DNA from: Candidatus Heimdallarchaeum aukensis
GTDB lineage: Archaea > Asgardarchaeota > Heimdallarchaeia > Heimdallarchaeales > Heimdallarchaeaceae
Length of the DNA: 64,000 nucleotides
Direction of reading: 5' to 3'
NCBI GenBank assembly: GCA_021513695.1
Contig: CP084166.1
Location: 2,048,001 to 2,112,000, forward strand
Shown piece by piece: positions 10,327 through 19,658 of this stretch (positions are counted from its first letter, which is position 1; every line of letters begins with the position of its first letter). Made by a program: the position numbers and the translations under genes. The notes beneath the pieces are model-generated. The model saw only the letters and a program-made list of their open reading frames with translations, made no database searches and had not been told where the DNA came from.

Positions 10327-12684
10327 TTGTTCAGAACTTTATTCTTTTTTTGTTCCTTAAGCGTAACCTTTTTTATTTTTCCTCAATACATACTCTGGAT
10401 AGCAAAATTGACCTCCTATATTCCTTTATCTCTTTCTGATGTTGTGCATAAAATAAGTATCTATGAGTCTGAATTGAATTTATTTAATAGTTCCAAGAAA
10501 AAAAACTTTGGTATCTACTATACCCCTGACTTTATAGTTGATTATATTGTTTCTAACGCTTTTCTTAGATATTTATCGAAGTTTGACAGCGATATTCCGC
10601 AATTAGTTAAGAAAATCTTGTCTCTTAACTCAAACCTCTCAAATCATGAAAAAAAGATTCTAATATATTTACACCAACATATTTTTCCAAATATAACTGT
10701 CTGTGATATATCGATGGGTTGGGGTGTCTTCCTCATCCATACATTTGATTACTTATTTTTACTGCGTAAAAACGTATTTATTCTTTTATATTCTCCTTCT
10801 TCTTCTGAATTAGAAGAGGAAAGCAAAAAAATCGCTATAGATATCATTCAGAATAGTCTTTTTGGTGCTGATCTTTCCGAAAAGGCTATAGAATTGGCTC
10901 AATTAAAGTTATTTAAACAAGTAATGGAAGCTCTAAATTGTTCTAATATTAAACTTCCTCGTGCTAATTTTAGACAAGGAAATAGTTTACTAGGTTTTAT
11001 TAATAAAGAATATATTAATGGAAAGGATTCTACAAACTACTGGGTTGAACTTTTTTTATCTAAATTTAAAAAGAAAACATTAATCACAGAAGTTTATAAC
11101 TTTTTAAGAAAACAAAAACTAGTTCATTGGAAATCATTTTTTCCTCAATTGAGAAATCGAGAAGGTTTTGATATTATCGTAGGAAATCCCCCCTACATCA
11201 ATGTTAAACGTTTACCACAAATTGAGAGATATATTTATGCAAGCATTTATGAAACTTATAATTCCAACGGTGATCTATCTAACGTTTTCTGGGAACGTGC
11301 ATTATCAATATTACGTCCCTCTGGAGTTGTTTCTTTTATAGTTCCTCGATACTGGTTAGAGGGTAAAGATAGCAATAAATTGAGATATTTTATCCAGAAG
11401 AATTCTAGAATCCTTGAAATCATGGACTTCCAAAGTAATAGGAGTTTGTTTTCTGAGAGCGAAAAAAAGTTGGGGGTCGATGTTTCTATTGTAACTTTAG
11501 AAAAAAGAAAAGAAAAAGGATTGTTTGACGTTTATATTTTACAAAATTCTGAGAGAATAACCTCTGTCAATAAACATAATTTTCTTGTTAAACAAATCGA
11601 TCAAGAATCCCTCTCCTCTTCAAGATGGAACTTTAATGTTCCTAAACTGGTTGAATATCTCGATGAACATAGTTGTTTAACACTTGGGGGAGATAAAGAA
11701 AATAATATTCCTGGTGTGTGTTATATCGGGAAAGGTTGTTCAACAGGTAATAATTCAATATTTACTTTAAAAAAAATTAAAGATAATATATTTGAAGGAT
11801 ATAAAAAAGTTAAACTTTCTCTCCCTGAAAATGAACAAAGAGTTTTAAGAAGATTAATTAAAAATAGTGATATTACCCGCTATTTTCTTAAAAAACAAGA
11901 GCGATATTGGATATTTCTCAAAGACAAGTCTATTTCAGATTACCCTATGATTGAGCAGTATCTACATAAGTATATCGAGAAACTCAAAGAAACACAAAAA
12001 AAATATGGTAGTAAGAACTTCTTTGACTATGCAGCCTATCGCTCTTTAAATTTAATTGATAGTGTTCCAAAAATCGTAACGCCATATCAGTCTTCAATTA
12101 ATAGATTTGCTTTAGTTAAAAGTAAAGCGCCCCTAACAATTAATGAAACAGATGTTATCACTCTTGTTATCAAACAAGAAATGCGTTCTAAGTTGGACTG
12201 GTTTTTTCTTCTTTCTCTTCTAAATTCTGAACTTTTACATTATTATATTAAACACAGAAACAAAAAAATTTACTATCTCTACGATTTTAGAACAAGTCAA
12301 ATTACCACTCTACCTATTCAAGTCTCTCACAACCAAAAAGTGGTAAGTTTCTTTTCTGAATGTATGTACAGAGCACAAGCACTTCAATTGGATGATAGAC
12401 TATATATGCAAGTCAGATCTAAACTCGAGTTTATAATAAATTCTTTGGTTTTTGAAATTTATCTTAGAGAGAAACTATCTTCAGAATTAGAAGAAGTGTT
12501 GCAAGAAATTGTCTTTACGCAGAAACCTGAAGTCATTAATTTTAAACGCGAAAATGAATTTCTTTCAAAAATATTGTCCTCTCCTACAATTATTAAACAA
12601 CTAAGACAGATTTACTCAAATAAGGAAGTAACCTCTGTAGTTAAAGATTTAAGTTTACCCTATTCAAAATTTATTATAAAGTGA
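10327..12684 (+). CDS. N6-adenine DNA methyltransferase, Eco57I/TaqI-like gamma class, no nuclease domain seen
   Basis: Motif X GIYYTPDFIVDYIV, motif I DISMGWGVFL and motif IV IVGNPPYI are present. The long C-terminal half looks like a target-recognition region. There is no ATG upstream of motif X; the track start is TTG 10327, so the exact start is uncertain. Confidence 0.8.
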   Translation: MFRTLFFFCSLSVTFFIFPQYILWIAKLTSYIPLSLSDVVHKISIYESELNLFNSSKKKNFGIYYTPDFIVDYIVSNAFLRYLSKFDSDIPQLVKKILSLNSNLSNHEKKILIYLHQHIFPNITVCDISMGWGVFLIHTFDYLFLLRKNVFILLYSPSSSELEEESKKIAIDIIQNSLFGADLSEKAIELAQLKLFKQVMEALNCSNIKLPRANFRQGNSLLGFINKEYINGKDSTNYWVELFLSKFKKKTLITEVYNFLRKQKLVHWKSFFPQLRNREGFDIIVGNPPYINVKRLPQIERYIYASIYETYNSNGDLSNVFWERALSILRPSGVVSFIVPRYWLEGKDSNKLRYFIQKNSRILEIMDFQSNRSLFSESEKKLGVDVSIVTLEKRKEKGLFDVYILQNSERITSVNKHNFLVKQIDQESLSSSRWNFNVPKLVEYLDEHSCLTLGGDKENNIPGVCYIGKGCSTGNNSIFTLKKIKDNIFEGYKKVKLSLPENEQRVLRRLIKNSDITRYFLKKQERYWIFLKDKSISDYPMIEQYLHKYIEKLKETQKKYGSKNFFDYAAYRSLNLIDSVPKIVTPYQSSINRFALVKSKAPLTINETDVITLVIKQEMRSKLDWFFLLSLLNSELLHYYIKHRNKKIYYLYDFRTSQITTLPIQVSHNQKVVSFFSECMYRAQALQLDDRLYMQVRSKLEFIINSLVFEIYLREKLSSELEEVLQEIVFTQKPEVINFKRENEFLSKILSSPTIIKQLRQIYSNKEVTSVVKDLSLPYSKFIIK

Positions 12685-12708
12685 TTTTACCGATACAATT
12701 TTCTATTT

Positions 12709-13146
12709 TTAAGTCAATAATTTGCCTAATTTAATAGCTGCTCTTTCTAAATCTAAAAATAGTAAACCAAGTTTTGTGTCTGGTGTAGTGGAAACGGTGA
12801 TAACTGCATTTTCTCCTGCTTGCATTGTAACAATATATCCATTATCTCCTTCAATAAGAATCTTCTTTACTTTTCCTTTTCTTAATTCTGAAACCACACG
12901 TTCCCCTAGAGACAAGCTTGCTGCAGTCATTGCTGAAATGCGAGTTTCATCAATGTTGTCCAACATTAATGAAGCTATGGGTAACCCTTCGACAGAAACA
13001 ACCGCGATATCTAAAATCCCTGGGGACTTGAATCTTAATTCACTTATACAATCAGTTATTTCTTCACTAATTTTGTTTGTTAGAATTCCAAAAGACAATA
13101 TTTTCACTCCTAATTTTTCCTTTGATTGTTCTCCTTTTTTATACAA
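12709..13146 (-). CDS. Roadblock/LC7 (MglB-like) domain protein
   Basis: SPGILDIAVVSVEGLPIASL ... ISAMTAASLSLGERVV ... ILIEGDNGYIVTMQAGENAVITV fits the roadblock alpha-beta-alpha pattern. The antisense ORF 12722-13207 has no such signal. Confidence 0.8.
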   Translation of the reverse strand: MYKKGEQSKEKLGVKILSFGILTNKISEEITDCISELRFKSPGILDIAVVSVEGLPIASLMLDNIDETRISAMTAASLSLGERVVSELRKGKVKKILIEGDNGYIVTMQAGENAVITVSTTPDTKLGLLFLDLERAAIKLGKLLT

Positions 13147-13434
13147 AAATAGAACTTATAAAGACCACAAAATGTTAGTGATAATTCAAAAAGAAAATAG
13201 TTTTTAGCAGTAGGCACTAACCTTTCTTCTAAAGTTTTTGCAATATGTCTGTCTCAACCCTCTCCTTTCATTGTATGTTTAGGTTGAGTTACCAAGTGAT
13301 TAAACTTCCTTTAGTTTTCTCTCTTGAAAGACTGAGTGCGAAAAACTTACGTAAAAAAGTAAATTATATCAATCGACACACTTAAATCATTTAATAATCG
13401 GTTGAGGACAAAGGTTAGATTTTGGTGAATCAGT

Positions 13435-15549
13435 GTGACTAAGCTTGAAAAACTATTAAGGCCTGAAAGCGTAGTAATTATTGGCGCTTCTTCTGATGAA
13501 AAGAAAGTTGGTTATGCAGCATTAAAAAATATGATTGATTGTGGGTTCAAAGGAAGGTTATATGCTGTTAATCCCAAAGCTGAACGCTATAATTATGAAA
13601 TTTTGGGTGTCAAGTGTTATTCTCGTGTAAGCGATATCGAAGATACAATTGATCTAGCAGTAATTTGCATTCCTGCACGGTTTATTCCTGCAACTATTGA
13701 AGAATTAGGTGGAAAGAAAGTCCCATATGTTGCTGTAATAACTGCTGGTTTTAAAGAAGTTGGAGAAGAAGGAGCAAAACTTGAAAAGGAACTAGTTGAA
13801 CTTGTGAAAAAATACAACATGAGAATGGTAGGGCCGAATATTTTAGGTATAATAGATACTATTGCACCTATAAATGCAAGTTTTGCAGAACAAACTCCAA
13901 TAAGAGGAGATATTGCATTTATATCCCAAAGTGGAGCTCTTTTAACGGGTATTCTAGATTGGAGTAGAGCAGAGGGAATAGGCTTCTCATCTTTTATAAG
14001 TATAGGTAATAAAGCAGATCTGGACGCAACAGACTTTATTGAAGCTTTAGGTGAGGATAAGCATACAAAAGCAATATTGGCTTATTTGGAAAGTATAAAT
14101 CGAGGGGAAGAATTCATTAAGATTTGTTCTGAAGTAACGAGGACAAAACCTGTCCTTATTATTAAATCAGGAAGATCAAAAGCTGGAGCAAAGGCAGCAT
14201 CTTCACACACAGGAAGTATGGCTGGTGCAGATACAACTTATGATGTTGCTTTTGAAAAATGTGGTGTAATAAGAGCTGATGATGCTGAAGAATTGTTTGA
14301 TATGGCATTTTCATTCAGTTGTATGCCTATACCAAAAGGAAATAGAATAGTAATAATTACTAATGCTGGTGGACCTGGAATTCTGGCAACTGATGCTGCC
14401 GAAAGAGAAGGGTTAGAATTAGCAGAGATATCCCCCGAGTTTGAGGCAAAATTAAGAGAATTTCTACCTCCTGCATCAAGTTTCAAAAATCCGATAGATG
14501 CCTTAGGAACAGCACAAGGAGAGGATTATGGACGGATAATAGAACTAGCATGTAAAGAAGAAAATATAGATGGAATAGTCGTTATTTTAACGCCACAAGC
14601 TATGACCGAAGGACAAGAAACTGCAGAAAGAATTGTGGAGATGCATGAAAAATATCCTGAAAAACCTATCATTGCAGTTTTTATAGGGGGAGAATCATTA
14701 GGCCCCGCAATATATTATTTGAAGAAACACAAAATACCCACATTTACACTTCCAGAGAGAGGGGTTGGAGCTATGGCCGCTATGGCAAGATATGCTAAAA
14801 TAAAAAACAGGCCAGAAGATGAACCTATACCTGAAATAGAAGTAGATAAACAGAGAGTAGAAGAAATATTCAAGAAAGTAAGGGCTGAAGGTAGAAAAAC
14901 GTTATATGGCACAGAAGCAAAAGAAGTGGTAAAGGTATATGGAATAACTACTCCTGCGGCTAAATTAGCAAAAACAAGCGATGAAGCTAAACAAATCGCT
15001 AAAGAACTAGGTTTCCCTGTAGTTATGAAGATAACAGGGGAAGGAATTATGCATAAAAGTGACATCGGAGGAGTAAAAGTAGGTATAAAAAATGAAGAAG
15101 AAGTAGAAAAAGCTTTTACTGAAATAATGGAAAATGTAAAGAAACATTATCCAAACGCAGAAAGCCTAATAGAAGTGCAATATATGGCTCCTCTAGGAAG
15201 AGAATTAATAACAGGAATATTACAAGATCCTCAATTTGGTCCACTAGTAATGATAGGATTAGGAGGAATATATACCAACTTCCTTAAAGATGCAGCTTTC
15301 GGTTTAGCTCCACTAAGCTACAAAGAAGCTGAAATTGTGTTAAGAAAAACAAAATCTTACACATTGTTAAAAGGAGTAAGAGGAGAAAAACCTTCAGATA
15401 TAAAGGCAATAGTTGACACTATGGTGAAAATATCACTGCTTGCAAGAGATTTCAAAAACGATATTAAAGAGATGGACGTAAACCCATTCTTCGCTTATGA
15501 AGAAGGAAAAGGAATCTCAGCAGTAGATGTAAAAATAGTACTTAATTAA
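13435..15549 (+). CDS. acd: ADP-forming acetyl-CoA synthetase, fused alpha-beta
   Basis: N-terminal CoA-binding and succinyl-CoA-ligase-like domains (VVIIGASSDEKKVGY, FISQSGAL, SSHTGSMAG) are followed by a C-terminal ATP-grasp domain (FPVVMKI..HKSDIGGV). GTG start. Confidence 0.88.
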   Translation: MTKLEKLLRPESVVIIGASSDEKKVGYAALKNMIDCGFKGRLYAVNPKAERYNYEILGVKCYSRVSDIEDTIDLAVICIPARFIPATIEELGGKKVPYVAVITAGFKEVGEEGAKLEKELVELVKKYNMRMVGPNILGIIDTIAPINASFAEQTPIRGDIAFISQSGALLTGILDWSRAEGIGFSSFISIGNKADLDATDFIEALGEDKHTKAILAYLESINRGEEFIKICSEVTRTKPVLIIKSGRSKAGAKAASSHTGSMAGADTTYDVAFEKCGVIRADDAEELFDMAFSFSCMPIPKGNRIVIITNAGGPGILATDAAEREGLELAEISPEFEAKLREFLPPASSFKNPIDALGTAQGEDYGRIIELACKEENIDGIVVILTPQAMTEGQETAERIVEMHEKYPEKPIIAVFIGGESLGPAIYYLKKHKIPTFTLPERGVGAMAAMARYAKIKNRPEDEPIPEIEVDKQRVEEIFKKVRAEGRKTLYGTEAKEVVKVYGITTPAAKLAKTSDEAKQIAKELGFPVVMKITGEGIMHKSDIGGVKVGIKNEEEVEKAFTEIMENVKKHYPNAESLIEVQYMAPLGRELITGILQDPQFGPLVMIGLGGIYTNFLKDAAFGLAPLSYKEAEIVLRKTKSYTLLKGVRGEKPSDIKAIVDTMVKISLLARDFKNDIKEMDVNPFFAYEEGKGISAVDVKIVLN

Positions 15550-15645
15550 TTAAAATAAAGAATTTTAAATAAATTCTCTTCTTTTTTTGTTTTTTATTTA
15601 TAAAAGCAAATAAATTTTAAATAATACCATAAAAGTAGGAAAAAC

Positions 15646-16335
15646 ATGGTGCTTTTAGAGATTCTTGTACTCCTTGTAGGATATATCTGTGGCTCGATTC
15701 CCGTAGGTTTCTTAATAGGAAAAATAGGTTATAATATTGATGTAAGAAAACATGGTAGTGGAAATATAGGAATGGCAAATGTAATGCGTCTATGCGGAAA
15801 AAAAGCAGGAATAATGACAATGATAGGTGATATGGTAAAAGGAACAATTGCCGTTCTAAGTGGGAGAATATTAATATGGACAAAAAATTTTGAAGGATTA
15901 GGAAAAATAGGACAAGTAGAATTAACAAATGAAGGGTTATTTCTGTCATTAATAGTCTTTACAACAATAATAGGGCATAGTTTTCCAATATGGTTAAAGT
16001 TTAAAGGAGGGAAATCAGCAAGTGTGGGAGGAGGAGCAATATTAGGAATAAACCCAATAGCATTTGTAATAATAATGAGTTTATGGATTGTTATACTTAA
16101 AAAAACTAAATATACTTCACTTTCAAATTTAGTAGCAGGTATGCTCTATCCTCCATTGTTATGGGTGTTCGCGGGAACTGATCCTTTCTTTAACAACAAT
16201 TGGCAAGCAGCAATAGTAGGAGCAATATGTTTGTTGTTTGTAATCTGGAGACATAGGGAAAATGTGTCAAGGTTAATAAAAGGAACAGAAAGAAAAATTG
16301 GACAAAAAGAAAAAATAGAAGAGAAAAAAGACTAG
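15646..16335 (+). CDS. plsY: PlsY-family glycerol-3-phosphate acyltransferase homologue
   Basis: GSIPVGFLIGK, HGSGNIGMANVMR and GHSFPIWLKFKGGKSASVGGG are the PlsY/YgiH signature blocks. The protein is polytopic membrane. Confidence 0.85.
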   Translation: MVLLEILVLLVGYICGSIPVGFLIGKIGYNIDVRKHGSGNIGMANVMRLCGKKAGIMTMIGDMVKGTIAVLSGRILIWTKNFEGLGKIGQVELTNEGLFLSLIVFTTIIGHSFPIWLKFKGGKSASVGGGAILGINPIAFVIIMSLWIVILKKTKYTSLSNLVAGMLYPPLLWVFAGTDPFFNNNWQAAIVGAICLLFVIWRHRENVSRLIKGTERKIGQKEKIEEKKD

Positions 16336-16431
16336 AATTAAAATAATGGATAGTTTAGTTCTTTTTAAGTTCTTTTTTGAAAAATTGATTTTTCTTATTT
16401 TTTACTGATTAAAAACGTTTTAATTATTGAA

Positions 16432-17178
16432 ATGAGAGAAAAGAATATAATGAAGAGAAAAATCTCAAAGTCAATCAGTGCACTAGAAATCATAGGTATA
16501 ATAATAGTTGCGTCAGCAGCAACAATATTGATAGTAACAAACATTCAACTAGTAAAAGTAGAAGAGATTTTTCTTGAAAAAGAGTACATAAAAGGAGAGA
16601 ATGTGACATTAAAAGTCCAAATAAATAAAAAAATAGAAGAGATCTCAGAAATAGATTATTGTCTGGTGGGGATAAAATCAGAAAATTACTCTTATGAGGG
16701 AGTGTTCAAAGCAAACATAGAAAAAATAGAAATAGATAATTTAAAAACAAAAAGAACAAACATCACAGTATCATTAAAACCATTAATTAAAAATGAAAAT
16801 GGATATTATGCATTAAACGTAGGAAATTATGAAATAGAAAGCCTAGAGTTAAAAATAGGAAGAAAAATAATCAAGCATAGATTAAATGCAAATTTCGTTA
16901 TAAAACATGGAGAAGAGGAAGAAAGAATAAAAAATGGAAATTTTGAACAAGAAGGAGATTATTGGATAATAGAATACAATAAAGAAAAATTTACACTAAA
17001 TTTTAAAGAAAATGAGTATACAGATGGAAAAGCACTAATCTTAAGAAAAAATGAGGAAAAGACAGAAACAAATCAAACATCTATATTGACTATGACACAG
17101 AAAATTAAACTAAAAGATATACACTACCTAGAAATGGATGTAAAAGTAATAAGTGAAAATGAGAGTAAAGTAAATTAA
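16432..17178 (+). CDS. pilin-like (class III signal peptide) secreted protein, probable 5' part of a frameshifted gene
   Basis: The N-terminus KRKISKSISALEIIGIIIVASAATILIV resembles an archaeal type IV pilin signal. The C-terminal IKNGNFEQEGDYW looks like the start of a jelly-roll/CBM-like domain that is cut off by the stop codon. Confidence 0.6.
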   Translation: MREKNIMKRKISKSISALEIIGIIIVASAATILIVTNIQLVKVEEIFLEKEYIKGENVTLKVQINKKIEEISEIDYCLVGIKSENYSYEGVFKANIEKIEIDNLKTKRTNITVSLKPLIKNENGYYALNVGNYEIESLELKIGRKIIKHRLNANFVIKHGEEEERIKNGNFEQEGDYWIIEYNKEKFTLNFKENEYTDGKALILRKNEEKTETNQTSILTMTQKIKLKDIHYLEMDVKVISENESKVN

Positions 17179-17180
17179 GT

Positions 17181-18032
17181 GTGAAAATTAACAATAAAGA
17201 AAGAAAACATGTGCAAGAAATAGATGAAAAAAGCAAAATGCATCAAAAAATAATTTTTGGAGAAATAAAAGAAGAAAATGAAGAAGCAAACATATCAATA
17301 GAAATAACAACAACAGAAGAAATAAACAAAGATTTTGAAATAATAATTGACAACGTGTCAATAAAAGCTTATGAAAAAAAGATTTTCATAGCAATATTAG
17401 ATAATAACTGGAAAATAGCACAAGGAAAGGTAATAAGAAACGAGACAGAGATAGCAGTAGAAAGAGCATCAAAATATTTCGAGAAGAACCTGGGTATAAA
17501 ACTAATACCACTGGTAAGAGTAGAGTGGAAACTAGAAAGTGAAAACAAAATAATAAGCTTAGATGAGATGCATGAAAAAGCAATAAAAGATGCAGAAAAA
17601 TTGTTGGGATTAAAACAAGAGTGGATAGTAGAAAAAGGAAGATCAGAAAAAAATAATGGGTTCGATATGCTAAACGCTTTCACAAATAAAACAGGAGAAC
17701 ATTTCGGATTTATATTCGGAGGAGAAAATGCAGCCTTCCACTTCGCTCAATCAAATTACCTGCAAAAAGCACTAAATGAAGCAGGAATGGGATACATACA
17801 AGTAACAGTGATAGATGAATGGGCAGAAAGCCTGGTACAACATGAAGTAAGCCATATATTCGGAGCAAAAGATAGAGACAGTAGAGAGTATGAACCAAGT
17901 GTGATGACAAAACAATTGACAACAGAAGAAGTAATAAAAGCATTTATAGAAGGAAAAATGTGGTTACAATGCAATAATTGGTTAATAGAAGACATGAAAA
18001 TAATGATAGAAAATGTAGAACTATTCAAATAA
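17181..18032 (+). CDS. zincin metalloprotease domain protein, probable 3' part of the same frameshifted gene
   Basis: HExxH motif in LVQHEVSHIFGAKD. The N-terminal ISIEITTTEEINKDFEIIIDNVSI looks like the closing strands of the jelly-roll begun in the upstream ORF. GTG start 2 nt after the upstream stop, in a different frame. Confidence 0.6.
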   Translation: MKINNKERKHVQEIDEKSKMHQKIIFGEIKEENEEANISIEITTTEEINKDFEIIIDNVSIKAYEKKIFIAILDNNWKIAQGKVIRNETEIAVERASKYFEKNLGIKLIPLVRVEWKLESENKIISLDEMHEKAIKDAEKLLGLKQEWIVEKGRSEKNNGFDMLNAFTNKTGEHFGFIFGGENAAFHFAQSNYLQKALNEAGMGYIQVTVIDEWAESLVQHEVSHIFGAKDRDSREYEPSVMTKQLTTEEVIKAFIEGKMWLQCNNWLIEDMKIMIENVELFK

Positions 18033-18200
18033 AAATAAAGAAAAAAGACAAAAGAAGCAATGGGTGGGAAAAAGAAAAATTGTAACTATCAGAAAGCGAA
18101 AACTTTAATTAATAATTTGGAAGCAGTAATCCGTCAATAAAAAGAAAAAATTGACAAAAAAGAAAAAAGAAAAATGGCAAAAACGCCCACTAAAAGCGCT

Positions 18201-18277
18201 GGCGGGGTAGTCTAGCTTGGTATGGCCCCTGGTTTGGGACCAGGTGATCAGGAGTTCAAGTCTCCTCTCCGCCACCA
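18201..18277 (+). tRNA. tRNA-Pro(UGG), CCA encoded
   Basis: Acceptor GGCGGGG/CTCCGCC, anticodon arm CCTGG-TTTGGGA-CCAGG, T arm GGAGTTCAAGTCTCC, then ACCA. Confidence 0.9.
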
Positions 18278-18425
18278 TTTTCCTTTGTTTTGAGGCTTTT
18301 TCAGTTCTTTCTTCTGGGAAGATATGCATATTTTACTATTTGAATAAATAATCTAATTATTATGACCAATAATTGTTAGCTCATATTCACTGTATTCTCG
18401 TAACTAACAACAAAAAAACGCTTTG

Positions 18426-19178
18426 TTATTCTGACGAACTGGAGAGTAAATCCTCTGCTCTTAACTTTTTACTAGTTCTCCTATTATAATTTTCTTGAAT
18501 TCTATTAAGGCCGCTATAAAAATCATTATACCTGTTAATTTGTTTTGTAGTTTTTCTTTTTTCTTCATTTTTTCTCTCACGATTAAAAAGATAAGAGAAA
18601 TATTCTCTAACTGACAAACCTGTCTCCTTTATATGATTAAATAATAAACCAATTACGTAGGCAATAGGAAAAACAATTATGGCTATAATAAAGAGATATT
18701 TAAGCCAATCTACACTTTTTCCTACTACTAGAAGAACAATAACAGTTGGTAAATATAATGCTGAAATAGTAGCTACGATTATTGCTATTATATAAAAAAA
18801 TTCAAAAAAAAGTCTACTTATGCTATATGCACCACTTGAAAGATACTTAAACAACAGCCCAACTCCAAAGTTCACAGTAAAAATACCCAAAATAGTGAAC
18901 ATAAATAGATAAACAAGGCTGTTTGTAGGATACTTTTTAAGAGCAATTACATAAAGAATCGAGGATCCTAAAACAGTACAAATAATCTGGACAAAAGGCT
19001 TCCATCTCGACCAGTTTTTACTCACATACTTAGAGGTTTTTCTTTTTGGTGGAGTCTTTATACTAGCCTCAGCTTCGCCATATTCAGCAAGTTTTACAGC
19101 TGTAGAATATAGGCTCATACGTCTCCTCTTTTGTGTTAATTGCTTATGAAAGTCCTTTTCCTTTTTTTTACTGTACAT
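18426..19178 (-). CDS. hypothetical membrane protein (about 4 TM)
   Basis: Long ORF with a basic N-terminus and four clear hydrophobic helices. No recognised family. Confidence 0.6.
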   Translation of the reverse strand: MYSKKKEKDFHKQLTQKRRRMSLYSTAVKLAEYGEAEASIKTPPKRKTSKYVSKNWSRWKPFVQIICTVLGSSILYVIALKKYPTNSLVYLFMFTILGIFTVNFGVGLLFKYLSSGAYSISRLFFEFFYIIAIIVATISALYLPTVIVLLVVGKSVDWLKYLFIIAIIVFPIAYVIGLLFNHIKETGLSVREYFSYLFNRERKNEEKRKTTKQINRYNDFYSGLNRIQENYNRRTSKKLRAEDLLSSSSE

Positions 19179-19658
19179 TAAAACGAAAATCTCAATAAAT
19201 ATTTATAAATTTTATCTATTAAGAAGTATTATGACTAATTAGAACTATCTTGATAATACTCTAAAAGACTAGTTACTAAAAGTAAACAATAAACATAAAA
19301 AACAACCACACCCTAGAAAACTTAGAAAGAGAGTAGTTAAAAAGTACAGAATGGAGAGGAAGTAACCTAAACCGCAGTATAGTAAATATTGAGTAGAAAA
19401 ACCATCTATAAGCGAATTAAAAAGATAAGGAAGATACTAATAAAGAATGGTGTGTAAACACTCGGATGTATCAAAGAAGGGAAAGCGGAAGATCCACCAT
19501 AATTATCACTGATTTAATATCCTGTACTCAGTAGGACACCTAAACCTCTCAAACGGGTATCGAAGATGACAAAAGATTCTTCCATGAGAAGGTAATCCAT
19601 TTTGTTAGTAATTGACCTCTTAATCTTAATTCTCTATAAACTAATTAAAATAGGAACT

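Noticed and set aside
12722-13207. 161-aa plus-strand ORF
   Set aside because: It lies antisense to the roadblock gene, whose translation has a recognisable fold pattern. This product has none.
15617-15949. 110-aa minus-strand ORF
   Set aside because: It lies antisense to plsY, which has clear family motifs.
18105-18329. 74-aa minus-strand ORF
   Set aside because: It lies antisense across the whole tRNA-Pro gene and a homopurine spacer. It has no protein-like features.
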